This document shows positions 1 through 9,773 of a stretch of DNA of 32,642 bases, one piece after another. Numbering within the stretch: the first letter of the stretch is position 1; the number at the start of each line of letters is the position of its first letter. The position numbers and the translations under genes are program-made. The stretch is from Rhizaria sp. SCN 62-66 (lineage: Eukaryota): positions 1 through 32,642 of the forward strand of contig MEDY01000338.1 in NCBI GenBank assembly GCA_001724265.1, written 5' to 3'. The notes below the pieces were generated by a model, which saw nothing but the letters and a program-made list of their open reading frames with translations, had not been told where the DNA came from and made no database searches.

Positions 1-775
1 ATGGTCTTTATTAGGCAAAGAAAAGTTCCGGGAATTTCCGACGGGCCCGCGCGGAGCGAAAATCGTCGGCGCGCCATCCTACGACGGACCGATGGTGAAC
101 TCGTAATACATGATATTTTAGACAAGTTTGCTGTGCTATATTCTGACACATACTCTTGTGTGATCGTACGATCTGCAAATCGCGTTACTTTTGTGACTCT
201 TTATTACAGATTACTCTTATTGAAACTAGCGTGATTAAAGCTAATATGATGTGATTACTTAGCAGTATTGCTCCAAGCTTTTGGCTGTACAGCACCCCGT
301 CGCGCGCACACTGACACACACACAAAGCAATGCACGGCGCAACGCAGTGCAATGAAGTGTTGTGTTGCGCAGTGCAACACGCAGGGAGCAAAACAGGAGC
401 CCCGCTTCCACAGCGGTGGCCCCATCTCGCGCGCACACAGGTGTGATACACTGCAACATACAGTGCACACAAGCAACGAAGCAAACAGAGATAAAAAGAA
501 AATAAAACAAAACGGGCGGGGCTTCACCCATCCAAACAAGCATAACAGATACGTAGACGGCACAAGACAAACAAAAGATTTCAAGGGAGAAAAAAAAAAC
601 ATTAATTGATCAACAAGTTACAATATTGTGGTAGCAACAGCGCCCATGCACACATCCAACAGAGACAGCACGTAAAATCGTGTTACTGGGGTTTATGATC
701 ACGCGATGGCAGTACAACGTGTCACGCTGCTGTGTGGTACAGTGTGCTCTGATGAACGTCAGCAGAGCTGACTCT

Positions 776-3700
776 TTAGGGGTACGCGTCACGCTCAGTG
801 CCCGTGGCAGCGCGCATGGTGTTCTTGGCCGACGTGGAGGCCGAGCCAGCGCTGGCGACGTTGCTGCCCTTAGGCGCAATGCGGACGTGCATCGTGTGGA
901 TCATCCCGCCGCGGCGCAGCACGAACGGCACGACGTTGCCCACACGGAGCTGGTTCTTGACGGTGGAGAATTGCTCAATAGTGCGGACGCGGTGCGAGTT
1001 GATCGACAGTACAACGTCGCCCTCCTGCAGCCCCGCAGCGTACGCAAACGTCTGGGGCTTGACAAGCGCGATGCGCACGCCTTCGGGGCCCGTCTCAACA
1101 GGCGCGGAAACCACGGTCAGTGACGACACGGGCGCGCCGGAGCCATCAGCAGCAGCGCCGCCAGGTTCGCCGTCGAGCAGGTTGCGGCCACGCAACTGTT
1201 GCTGCTGATGCTGGGGCTCGACGCGGATGCCCACAGTCGGCGGCGCCGGGCCAGTGCCCATGTACGGCGGCGACAGCGCGTCAGCGGCGGCGGCCGCGGT
1301 AGCGACTGCGGTGGCGGGCGCGGACCGCGGGTCGAGCGCAGCGGCCACGGGCGTCGCGTACGCCGCGGGCATCGAGTGCGCGACGTGACCGTGCGCCGGG
1401 CCCGGGGTCGCGCGCACCGCGGCCGCGATCCCCAGTGAGGCCTCCATCGCGCTGCGCAGCGCGGTGGAGCGCGCGGCGAGCTCCTCAGCCAGCGGGACGG
1501 CCGCGTTGGCATCCGTGGGAGCGGCGCTGGAGACATCGAGATCAACGGCCGCGGCGCCCGCGACGGGGAGACGCGAGACGTAGCGGATCGCATCGCCGGG
1601 CGAGGGAGAGAAGAGCATGTGCGACGACGGCTTGCGGTCGCGCAGCACGGGCGAGAGCAAGCCCTGCGGCAGCGGCGAGCCCAGCGCAGCGGCCGCGCGC
1701 GACAAAGGCGCCGGCTGCTGCTGCTGGCTGCCGGAGGCCGCGGCGGCAGAGGCGGCGGCGATAAAGGGCGTGATGTCCGTGTCGTTGACCGTAATCTGGG
1801 GGCCCATGCTGCTGGTGTTAAGCGCGCTAGCAGTGCTGCGAGGGGGACGGCCGGTGTTGGTGATGTTGACGCTGTTGTTCGTGTTGTCCATAGCGCTGAA
1901 GACGCGACTGCTGTTCAGGTTCATCGCCGCCGCGCGCACGACGCTGGCGTTGAGCTCTGCCGTCGCGTGCGATGCGTTCAGCTGCTGCTGTTGCTGCATG
2001 GCAGTGGTGTTGACGCCGGCGCCCTGGGTGTGGATGTGCACCTGCACACCGCTGCCCGCGCCGGAGCCGAAGAACCCGGAGTCGTTGAGACCTGCGTTGC
2101 CGCTGCCGGGCACTTGCACGCCGTGCGCTGCCATCGACAGGTTCGTCTGGTTCACACGCAGAGACGAGTGCGAGTGCGAGTGGTGCGTCATCGAACTGTT
2201 GAGCTGCTGCTGCTGCTGCTTCGAGGGCGTCTGCGTGTACTGCATGACAAACTCGTGCCGGCGACGGCGCTCGTCGTCGAGCTTCCCGCGCAGTGCGGCC
2301 ACTTCCGCAGTCAACTCACCGGCGGCGCGGCGCGCGTTGTCGCCATCCGCCTGCTGCGCGGCAAGCTGCTCCTTGAGACGCGTGTTCTCGCCCCGCAGCG
2401 CGCGCGCGGCCGCCTGCTCCTGCGCCACGGCGTCCTCGCAGGTCCGCACCGCGCCCTGCAGCTCGCCCTCCTTGCCCATAACGGCCGCGAGCTGCGCCAG
2501 CTGTGTCTCGCGCGCCTCGAGCAGTTCGGCGTTCTTGCGCTCCAGCGCCACCACGCGCGTCTTGAGCGCCGAGAAGACTTCCTCCTTGCCCGCGGCTTCG
2601 CGCTGTGCCTCAGTGAGCTGCGCGTGCAGTGTTGCGGCCTGCTGCTCGAGTCCGTCGGCTTCGGCGGCCACGGCGTCGCGCTCGGCCTCAGCCGCGGCCA
2701 GCCGGCGCGCAGCGTCCGCGATCGCGCGCTGCAGCTCGCCCGCGTGCGCGCCGTTGTCCTGCGCCGCGCGCTGGGCAGCCTGCTGCGCGGCCTCGAGCGC
2801 AAGCGCGGCGTCGTTGAGCTCCTCGCGCGCGGCATCGGCCTCGTCGCGCGCCGCCTCGGCCTCAGCGCGCGCGGCCGCCGCTTCGGACTCGGCGGCCGCG
2901 ACGGCGCCGCGCGCAGTGGTGACCTCGACGCGCGCCGCCGCGGCCTCTGCGCGCGCGGCCTCGGCTTCAGCGCGCGCGCGCTCGCCCGCGGCGGACAGCG
3001 CGGCGACCTCACCGCGCAGCGCAGCGGCATCAATACTGGCGGCCTCCGCGGCGGCCTCGGCCTCCTCGGCGCGCGAGGCGGCGGCGGCCACGGCGGCCTC
3101 CGCGGTAGAGGCCTGCAGCTGCAGCGTCGCCGCGCGGGTCGACGCCTCAACGAGCTGGTCAGTTACGCGCGCGAGCGCCTCTTCAGAGCCGGTCGCAGCG
3201 CCGGCGCCGCGGCGGAGCTCGGCGATGAGGTCGGCGCGGGTCGACGCCTCGGTCTCGGCGACGACCAGCTGCTGCTGCAGTTCCGAGAGCTTGTCCTTGC
3301 CGGCCGCAACAGCCGCGGCGGCGGCTTCAGCGCGCTCGCGCTCGCCCGCCAGTGCCGCGCGCAGCTCCTCCGCGGCGCGCGTGGCCTCAGCAGCCTGGGC
3401 GGCGGCCTGGGCGGCCTGGGCGGCGGAATGGGTGGCGGCGTCCTCCTTGACGCGCGCGAGCTCCTGTGCCGCTGTGTCGCGGCCGTGGCGCGCCGATACA
3501 AGCTCCTCGCGCGCCGCCAGCAGCGCGTCGGCCGTAAGCGCGGCGCGAGCCTCCTGTGCGGCGCGGTCGCTCTGCTGTTGCTGCACCTGCGACTCGAGCG
3601 CGGTGGCGCGCTGCTCGGCGGCGGCGTGAGCGGCGGCGAGCTCCTCGGCGCGCGCCGTCTTGGCCGCGAGCGCGGCCTCCAGCGCAGCCAGCTGCGCCGC

Positions 3701-4399
3701 GGCGGCGGCGGCGGCCGCGGGGTCGGCGGCGCCGCGCGCGGCGGCGTTAACAGCGGCGTTGGCGGTCTCGAGCGCGGCCTCGAGCTTGCGCGCGCGGTCC
3801 TTGAGCTCTGCGGCGTCGACGGCGCGCGCGGCGGCCTCGTGCTTCTGCTCGTCAAGCGCGTCACGCAGGTCTTCGGAGATGCGGTGCGCGGCCGCGGCCG
3901 CGGCGGCGGCGGCGTCGTGCTCGACGTCCTTGGCCACAAGCGCGGACTCGAGGTGCGAGAGATGCTCCACGGCGGTGCGCGTGACCTCCTTCGAGTGGGA
4001 GAAGCGCGCGGCGGCGGCGCGGAAGGCAAAAATCATAAGGCTGCCAAGGAGGATAAAAATGAGCGGATTGACGGAGCAGCGCGCGCAGGAGAGGCCGAAG
4101 CCGCTGGGCGTGCAGCCGTCAGCGATGGTGCCGAAAAGCGGGCGCGAGGCGCAGGCAGTGAGTGCGCCGGTGAAGAGCGTGAGGATGACGAGCCAGAAAA
4201 CGGGGAAAAAGATCGAAGGCACGCTCTCGAGCTTGGTGTTGATCAAGATAGACAGTGCCTGGCCCTTCTCGTAGCGACCCGTGAGCTGGGGGGACTTTGT
4301 TGGCATGAACGGAGACTGGTCCTTCCGCGCTCCCGGCTTCCTAAGAGATGTTTTGCTTGTCTGTGGAGTGGACAAACCGTCCGCGAGTGTTGTGCTCAT
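776..4399 (-). CDS. Membrane-anchored long coiled-coil protein with C-terminal PDZ domain (~1207 aa, apparently intronless)
   Basis: ORF 776..4567. The likely start is the ATG at 4399 (MSTTLADG), because the upstream 56 codons look like UTR. Two hydrophobic helices (IFFPVFWLVILTLFTGALTAC; PLIFILLGSLMIFAF) precede ~590 aa of Ala/Glu/Arg heptad-like sequence and a low-complexity linker. The C-terminus has an HtrA-like PDZ signature (GVRIALVKPQTFAYAAGLQEGDVVLSINSHRV...VPFVLRRGG). Ends in TAA. Confidence 0.75.
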   Translation of the reverse strand: MSTTLADGLSTPQTSKTSLRKPGARKDQSPFMPTKSPQLTGRYEKGQALSILINTKLESVPSIFFPVFWLVILTLFTGALTACASRPLFGTIADGCTPSGFGLSCARCSVNPLIFILLGSLMIFAFRAAAARFSHSKEVTRTAVEHLSHLESALVAKDVEHDAAAAAAAAAHRISEDLRDALDEQKHEAAARAVDAAELKDRARKLEAALETANAAVNAAARGAADPAAAAAAAAQLAALEAALAAKTARAEELAAAHAAAEQRATALESQVQQQQSDRAAQEARAALTADALLAAREELVSARHGRDTAAQELARVKEDAATHSAAQAAQAAAQAAEATRAAEELRAALAGERERAEAAAAAVAAGKDKLSELQQQLVVAETEASTRADLIAELRRGAGAATGSEEALARVTDQLVEASTRAATLQLQASTAEAAVAAAASRAEEAEAAAEAASIDAAALRGEVAALSAAGERARAEAEAARAEAAAARVEVTTARGAVAAAESEAAAARAEAEAARDEADAAREELNDAALALEAAQQAAQRAAQDNGAHAGELQRAIADAARRLAAAEAERDAVAAEADGLEQQAATLHAQLTEAQREAAGKEEVFSALKTRVVALERKNAELLEARETQLAQLAAVMGKEGELQGAVRTCEDAVAQEQAAARALRGENTRLKEQLAAQQADGDNARRAAGELTAEVAALRGKLDDERRRRHEFVMQYTQTPSKQQQQQLNSSMTHHSHSHSSLRVNQTNLSMAAHGVQVPGSGNAGLNDSGFFGSGAGSGVQVHIHTQGAGVNTTAMQQQQQLNASHATAELNASVVRAAAMNLNSSRVFSAMDNTNNSVNITNTGRPPRSTASALNTSSMGPQITVNDTDITPFIAAASAAAASGSQQQQPAPLSRAAAALGSPLPQGLLSPVLRDRKPSSHMLFSPSPGDAIRYVSRLPVAGAAAVDLDVSSAAPTDANAAVPLAEELAARSTALRSAMEASLGIAAAVRATPGPAHGHVAHSMPAAYATPVAAALDPRSAPATAVATAAAAADALSPPYMGTGPAPPTVGIRVEPQHQQQQLRGRNLLDGEPGGAAADGSGAPVSSLTVVSAPVETGPEGVRIALVKPQTFAYAAGLQEGDVVLSINSHRVRTIEQFSTVKNQLRVGNVVPFVLRRGGMIHTMHVRIAPKGSNVASAGSASTSAKNTMRAATGTERDAYP

Positions 4400-5698
4400 A
4401 AGCGGACTAGACGTAAAGGGGCGTAAGCAGTGTGAAAGAATCGTGACAAAAACATAAAGGTGAGATGGTAAGGCTGGGAAGACGTGAATAAGGTCGAGTA
4501 CGTTGAAGGCGAGACAAGTCAGCATGCCTCCTCCTCGCGGCACGCCATTACGGTCTGAAATTTTCATATAATAAGGCTGCCAATAAATTATGTTAATAAA
4601 AATGTCGTGTTTAATCTATCTTTGGAACTTCACTCGCAACAACGGTCTCTGCACGCCTGCAGCTTTGTTTTAAAGTTCATCCGAAAGATAACCGTTGAAG
4701 CCAACCGTTGGCGACCGGCTGACCGCGCCAGCTGCCGTGCGTGTGTGCAAAGTCAACTAAGATAAGAAACACGGTGCGCATATAAGTAGCTGTTATGGAT
4801 TTAAGATTGTAGATTGTATTATTGGTTCAAAAATGAATCGAAATTATCCGAGAGAAGAGAATTGTAAATCAAACTATAAGAGGCGAGAGCGCTCACGCCG
4901 CAGCCGAGCCGCAGCTGCCGAACAGTGCACTGCGATGCAATCACGATGAGACATGAGACGAAGTCTTAGTCTCAATCAATACAGCAGACAGACACCGAAT
5001 GGGGCCAACGGGCGCGCGCGACACGACAACGTGGGCAGCGATGAAGACAACAAAAACTAGACGAAAACAAACAAGCGTTAACAAAACGAAAAAAAGGTGG
5101 CGAAAAAGAAAGAACAGCAAGAAATGACACAAGACGACTACGCGGCGTCCGCAGTGACAGTTGCAACGAAGAGTGTTTGTTGAGTGGTGAAAAGATTTGC
5201 AGATTGAATGAAGAATGAAATGAAGAAGGGCTGGAATGGGGCTGGAGTTATTACTACTTGCAGCGCACACAAACGTCGCGGCACACACGCATGTGTGCGA
5301 CTGCGACTGAATATGAATACACTACACTTGCACTGCATTGCGCTATGTGTGCACTATAGCGAATGGCACTGCATCACACACACTCAACGAACGATGAGAC
5401 TGTACACAGGGGCGGGTGGGTGGCGAACAAATAAGAGATAAGATATGGCACTACTTCTCGGCGCGATTATGATGACAAAACGAAACACTGGAGGGGGGGA
5501 AAAAGAAAAACAAAAACAAAAACAAATCGAAGAACACAGCAAAAGATTGGCAAAACGGACCAAATTCTTACAACGTTGATTCGATTTTTGTTGTTGTTGT
5601 TTCTTTCGTTTTACAGTGGTTTGTTGCGCAGTCTGTCCGTCGAGGGCCTAGTGCGTTGATGCTTGTGGTACGACAACAGCTTAAAAGACAGGAGGCAA

Positions 5699-5780
5699 GG
5701 TACTTGCTGAGATAATCAGACGAATCGTACTCAGCACTCACTTAGAGACGTCATCTAAGTACCTCGGCTGAGCAAGTACC
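5699..5780 (-). repeat. Nested inverted repeats immediately 3' of the ovoA stop codon
   Basis: GGTACTTGCT (5699-5708) pairs with AGCAAGTACC (5771-5780); ACTTAGA (5740-5746) with TCTAAGT (5754-5760); TGCTGAG (5705-5711) with CTCAGCA (5730-5736). Confidence 0.7.
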
Positions 5781-5783
5781 CAC

Positions 5784-8700
5784 TTACTCGGCGACCTTGC
5801 GCCAAGCCGTGACCTCGACCTTAGTGATGACGACCTGGCCGGCGCGCTTGCGGCGCGCCTGCAGCAGGCCCGCGGCGGGCACCGCGGCGTCGACGGGCGC
5901 AAAGCGCGGGCCGAGCGCGGCGGCGATGGCGTCGATGACCTCGACACGCTCGCCCGACTGGGAGTCCTTGTACCCGCCGAGCCAGTTGGCCACGGGGGTG
6001 GTGGCCGCGTCCCACGAGTTGTCAGAGGCGATGAAGAGCAGACCGCCGAGGCGCAGGCGGGAGTGTACCGTGGTCAGAAGCTTGTCGGGCGAGTAGAGCG
6101 CGTTGAAGCCCGAGGCGACGACGACGGCGTCGTAGTCTGCGAACTTGGTCCCGTCGAGGTTGCACGCGTCGGCCTGAACGAAGTCGATCTTCTCCCGCAG
6201 CGCCCACAGGCCCGACGGCGCCGCCGCGGGGGCTGTGAGGTCGATCTTGTGGAAGGACGCCAGCGATCCGGCCTCGGGGAGGTCGTAGGACAGCACGCCG
6301 CTGTCCTTGAGCTCCTTGCCGACCTTGATGATGCGGGTTGTAAAGTCGACACCCGTGGCCAAGTCGAACGCGCGGGCCAGCTCGAAGGTGCCGCGGCCGG
6401 CGGCGCAGCCGAGCTCGAGCACGCGGCCCGTGCGCGGCGCGGGCAGCGCGGTGGACTGCGAGGCCTGGACCTGGCGGACGGTGTTGAGCACAGCCTTGGC
6501 CAGCTCGACCGGATACTGAGGCACGCCGAGCGTCGTGAGGATGTCGGTCGTCATGCTGCCGGCCGCATTGTCCACGGAGCTACTGGCGTTACTGTCGTTG
6601 TTGTTGTTGTTGCCGTTCGCGTTGCTGTTGCTGTTGTTGTTGATGATGTCGAGGTCGAGGTCGCGGTAGTGGTCGTACACGAGGTTCGTCACGTCGGGAT
6701 CGTCCTCCTTGGCGATGCGGCCCTCGGGGATCACGGGCGCAGAGTTGGGCGCGGCCTCGATGTAGCGGAAACCGGCGTGCTGGTAGAAGTGGCGGCGGAA
6801 CGCGTACCGCGCGAGGGTCTGCGCCTCGTTGCCCGTCGACGCCCACGCGCCGCCCTTGATGAGGTTGTGCATGTTGTCGTACGTCGGCACAGTGAAGTCG
6901 TCGTATGCCGGGTGGACCTTGAACCCCGGGTACGGCGCCATGGGAGAGACGGTGTGCTGCCACACGTTGCCGACGACGTCAAAGAGCCCGGACCCGTGGT
7001 GGTTGAACAGATTCACGGGGCACGACGACGCCCAGTACTCGAAGTTGATGTTTCCGGGCGCGCGGTCCCAGTAGAGCTGGTCGTCGGTGTGCGCGGTGAG
7101 CTGGCCCGCGGCGGCGGCGTGGGCGCGCATGTGGAGCCACTCGGCCTCAGTCGGGAGGCGGACTTCAACCCCGCGCGCGGCGGCGCCCGACTGCGCGTGG
7201 CGCCAGCGGCAGAAGGCGGCGGCCTCGAGGCAGGTCACGTCGACGGGCCACGCCCAGGGCATCTCAGCCTCCTCGCACATCAGGCGGTACTTGTACGTCA
7301 CCGGCGCAGGCGCAGCAGCAGCCGCAGAGGCGTCATCAGCGGTGGCGGGGGCGGTGCTCTCGCCGTTGGCGTAGACGGGGATCCAGAAGACGGGGTGAGC
7401 GGCCTTCTTGTACGTGACGAACCCCCACCCTTCCTGGCACCACCACTCGCGGGTGGAGTAACCGCCGGCCTGGACGAACTTAAGGTACTCGCCGTTGGAG
7501 ACAAGGAACTGCGAGGCCGCAAAGGGCGCCACGGTCGACTCGGCGCGACCGTATTCGTTGTCCCAGCCGTACGCGGGGTGGTCGAACGCCTTGCCGAGCG
7601 CCACGGCGCCGCCGGGCAGCGAGACGAGCGCGTTGGCGGGCGTGTCGGTCTCGGCGGCGGCGGCCGAGGCGGCGGCGCGGGCGGGCGACAGCGTGGCCGA
7701 GGCGGGGAGCGTGACGACACGCGTAGTGAGGGAGCCCGCGGCGCCGGCGCGCGCGTTGTAGGCGTCGTACGCGGCCGTCTCGGCGACGGTGGGGACGGGG
7801 ACCAGCGCAGAGTCCGACACCTCGCCCGTGGACGCCGCGGCGGCCGATGTGGGAACCGTGGCGAAGGGGCAGTGGCGCCAGAGCGCGTGCGGGCGCAGGT
7901 ACTTGATGTCGAGCTGGCGGATGAGCACCGAGGAGGTCTCGAGGTGGATCCGCTCGTGCTCGATGCCCATGAGCACAATCCAGAGCGGGGACTCCCAGGT
8001 GATGGGCAGGGAGAGCGGGGCAGTGGCGATGACGCCGTCGACGAGCGCGCGGACGCGGGCGCGGTAGGCGCGGAGCTGCGCGGGCGTGGGCCACTTGTAG
8101 TGCGCCGGGTTGAGGTCATCCCAGCTCATCTCGTCGACGCCGATGGCGCAGGAGGACTCGACGGCCTCATCGACACGGTCCGTGATGACGCGCGCGACGC
8201 GGAGCTTGTTGACAAAAAAAACGGCAGTGTGGCCGTAGTAGAAGATGAGCGGGTGGCGCAGCTTCTCGGGCTGCTGGTACAGCACCTCGGGCGAGGTGAG
8301 GACATCGTAGAGGCGCTCGTAGCACGTGAAGGTGCGGTGGAAGTACTGTGGGCGAGAGAGAAAAAGTGTAGGATAGACGCAATATAAAGCACATAGAAGA
8401 AAAATAAAGATGATTTAGTGAAGAAAAAGATGAAATAAGTGAGAATATGATCAAGTTACATCAATACAAGGAGAGAGATATGGCTAGATCGGGCAAAGCG
8501 CGCGGTGACGTGACCGGAGGTGATCGGGACGAGCGAGAGCAGAAGATGCGGAAACGAACCTCAGAGATCTCGGCGCGCTTAGCAGCGACGTCGGTGCCAG
8601 TCAGGAGAGCGGGCTTGGTCTTGAGAAGCTCTGTGGCCGTGCATAGAGGGTGGCAGTGGCGCGAAAGGAGAGCGCGCGCCAGAGAGAGAAGAATGAAGGG

Positions 8701-9168
8701 CACGAGAGGATGACGGAGCGGTGGAGGGGATGGGGAAATGATCATAAAGCGGGCAATGTGAGGATGTGTAGATGAAATACCAGTAGATAATAGAATTAAA
8801 GAAAGTTAACAGTGGTAGTGAAATGAAATAAATGGGGATAGAGCTAGAGAACGCGCACAAAATAAGTGTGAAACAGAGGCCGAAAAGCACGCCGGTTTTG
8901 TACCCGAGAGTGCGAAAATACGGAAACAAGGGACTAGGTAAAGTGCCATCATAAAAATACCGGTGGATCCGTAATTACCAAGTGTGTACGTACCATGGGC
9001 CTCAAACTCGTGAGGGAAAGCGGTCGGGGAAGGGGGATCAACGGCGTCGAGCTTGACTTCATCGGCTCCGTCACGCATCAGCTCAGACGGCTTCTTCGCG
9101 GCAGGGTACTCAGTCCCAGACGGAACTGTGGAAAACTCCTCTGAAAAAGACTTCTTCTTAGCACTCAT
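5784..9168 (-). CDS. ovoA: Ovothiol biosynthesis enzyme OvoA (5-histidylcysteine sulfoxide synthase plus SAM-dependent methyltransferase); exons 9168-8994, 8630-8560, 8345-5784 (~935 aa)
   Basis: The spliced frame reads ...KTKPALLTGTDVAAKRAEISE|YFHRTFTCYERLYD...LRHPLIFYYGHT...GVDEMSWDDL. It carries the iron-binding HX3HXE motif (HERIHLE), an FGE-sulfatase-like domain (YGWDNEYG, RLPTEAEW, DVVGNVWQ, RYAFRRHFYQHAGFRY) and a C-terminal class I methyltransferase (VLELGCAAGR, GVDFT, FVQADACNL). Both introns are GT-AG and phase-compatible. Exon 1 is the least certain part. Confidence 0.93.
8346..8559 (-). other. Spliceosomal intron 2 of ovoA (214 nt, phase 0)
   Basis: Donor GAG|GTTCGT and acceptor CTCTCTCGCCCACAG|TAC. 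Splicing restores the OvoA-like N-terminal motif KRAEISEYFH. Confidence 0.88.
8631..8993 (-). other. Spliceosomal intron 1 of ovoA (363 nt, phase 1)
   Basis: Donor G|GTACGT and acceptor CACAG|AG; AT-rich and pyrimidine-rich. Joins CAT G + AG CTT in frame (H-E-L). Confidence 0.65.
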
Positions 9169-9655
9169 GCTAGATAACCAGCGTTGTGTTGTTTCACTCG
9201 TCAGTTAATCCCACAATCGCGCTCAAGACGAAAGCCGCCAGCGATCGACGGACGCGGGCCGAGGGGCATCCACGTCGATCTGGGCCGCGTCGTTCAGATC
9301 CGCTTCAATCTGACCACGAAAAAAATGCAAGGCGCGAATTTATATGTGTATTTATGGGGGGGTATTTGAAGTGTTTTTTGCGCGTGGTTTCAAAGGGTTG
9401 TATACAGGTGCTAGATACATGTGATGAATAGGAAATAGCGCAGACGTGGCGCTGTCTTGAGAACGCATATCCCGTTCAAAGTTGCGCGTGCCGTAACTCA
9501 GTGACACAGGCCGCGTCGTGCTATGAAAAGACTTAAAATAAGATGAAGCTTTGAGTATTCACTAATTATACAATTAGAAACGTGCACTTTACGTGCTAAA
9601 ACGCCATTTTTCGGCGTTTCGTCGTGATTTTATCGCGAATTACAAGATAATTCGC

Positions 9656-9736
9656 TTAGTCATCCCAGGAGTCCTTGATCGGCCCAGCTGGAGCAGCAGG
9701 ACCCTGGCGCTGACCCTGACTTTGACCCTGACTCTG

Positions 9737-9773
<37 letters not shown>

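Noticed and set aside
1..775. Short ORFs and CA/TGCA-rich sequence
   Set aside because: Reads as GU/U-rich 3' UTR of the PDZ gene plus intergenic DNA; no coding signature or regular repeat period.
1617..4426. Long antisense ORFs (670 aa, 935 aa) opposite the coiled-coil gene; likewise 6063..8387, 12368..14386, 17077..18093 and 18172..19230
   Set aside because: Expected shadows of GC-rich, codon-biased coding sequence; no motifs, and they overlap well-supported genes.
4400..4567. N-terminal 56 codons of the 1263-aa ORF from the ATG at 4567
   Set aside because: Composition and codon usage are UTR-like, so the ATG at 4399 is preferred. Not fully excluded.
4941..5441. Phe/Val-rich short ORFs
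   Set aside because: Translations of the T-rich ovoA 3' UTR or spacer; no coding bias.
5699..5780. SECIS element interpretation of the ovoA 3' hairpin
   Set aside because: ovoA has no in-frame TGA, and I see no convincing AUGA/GA quartet with apical AA geometry.
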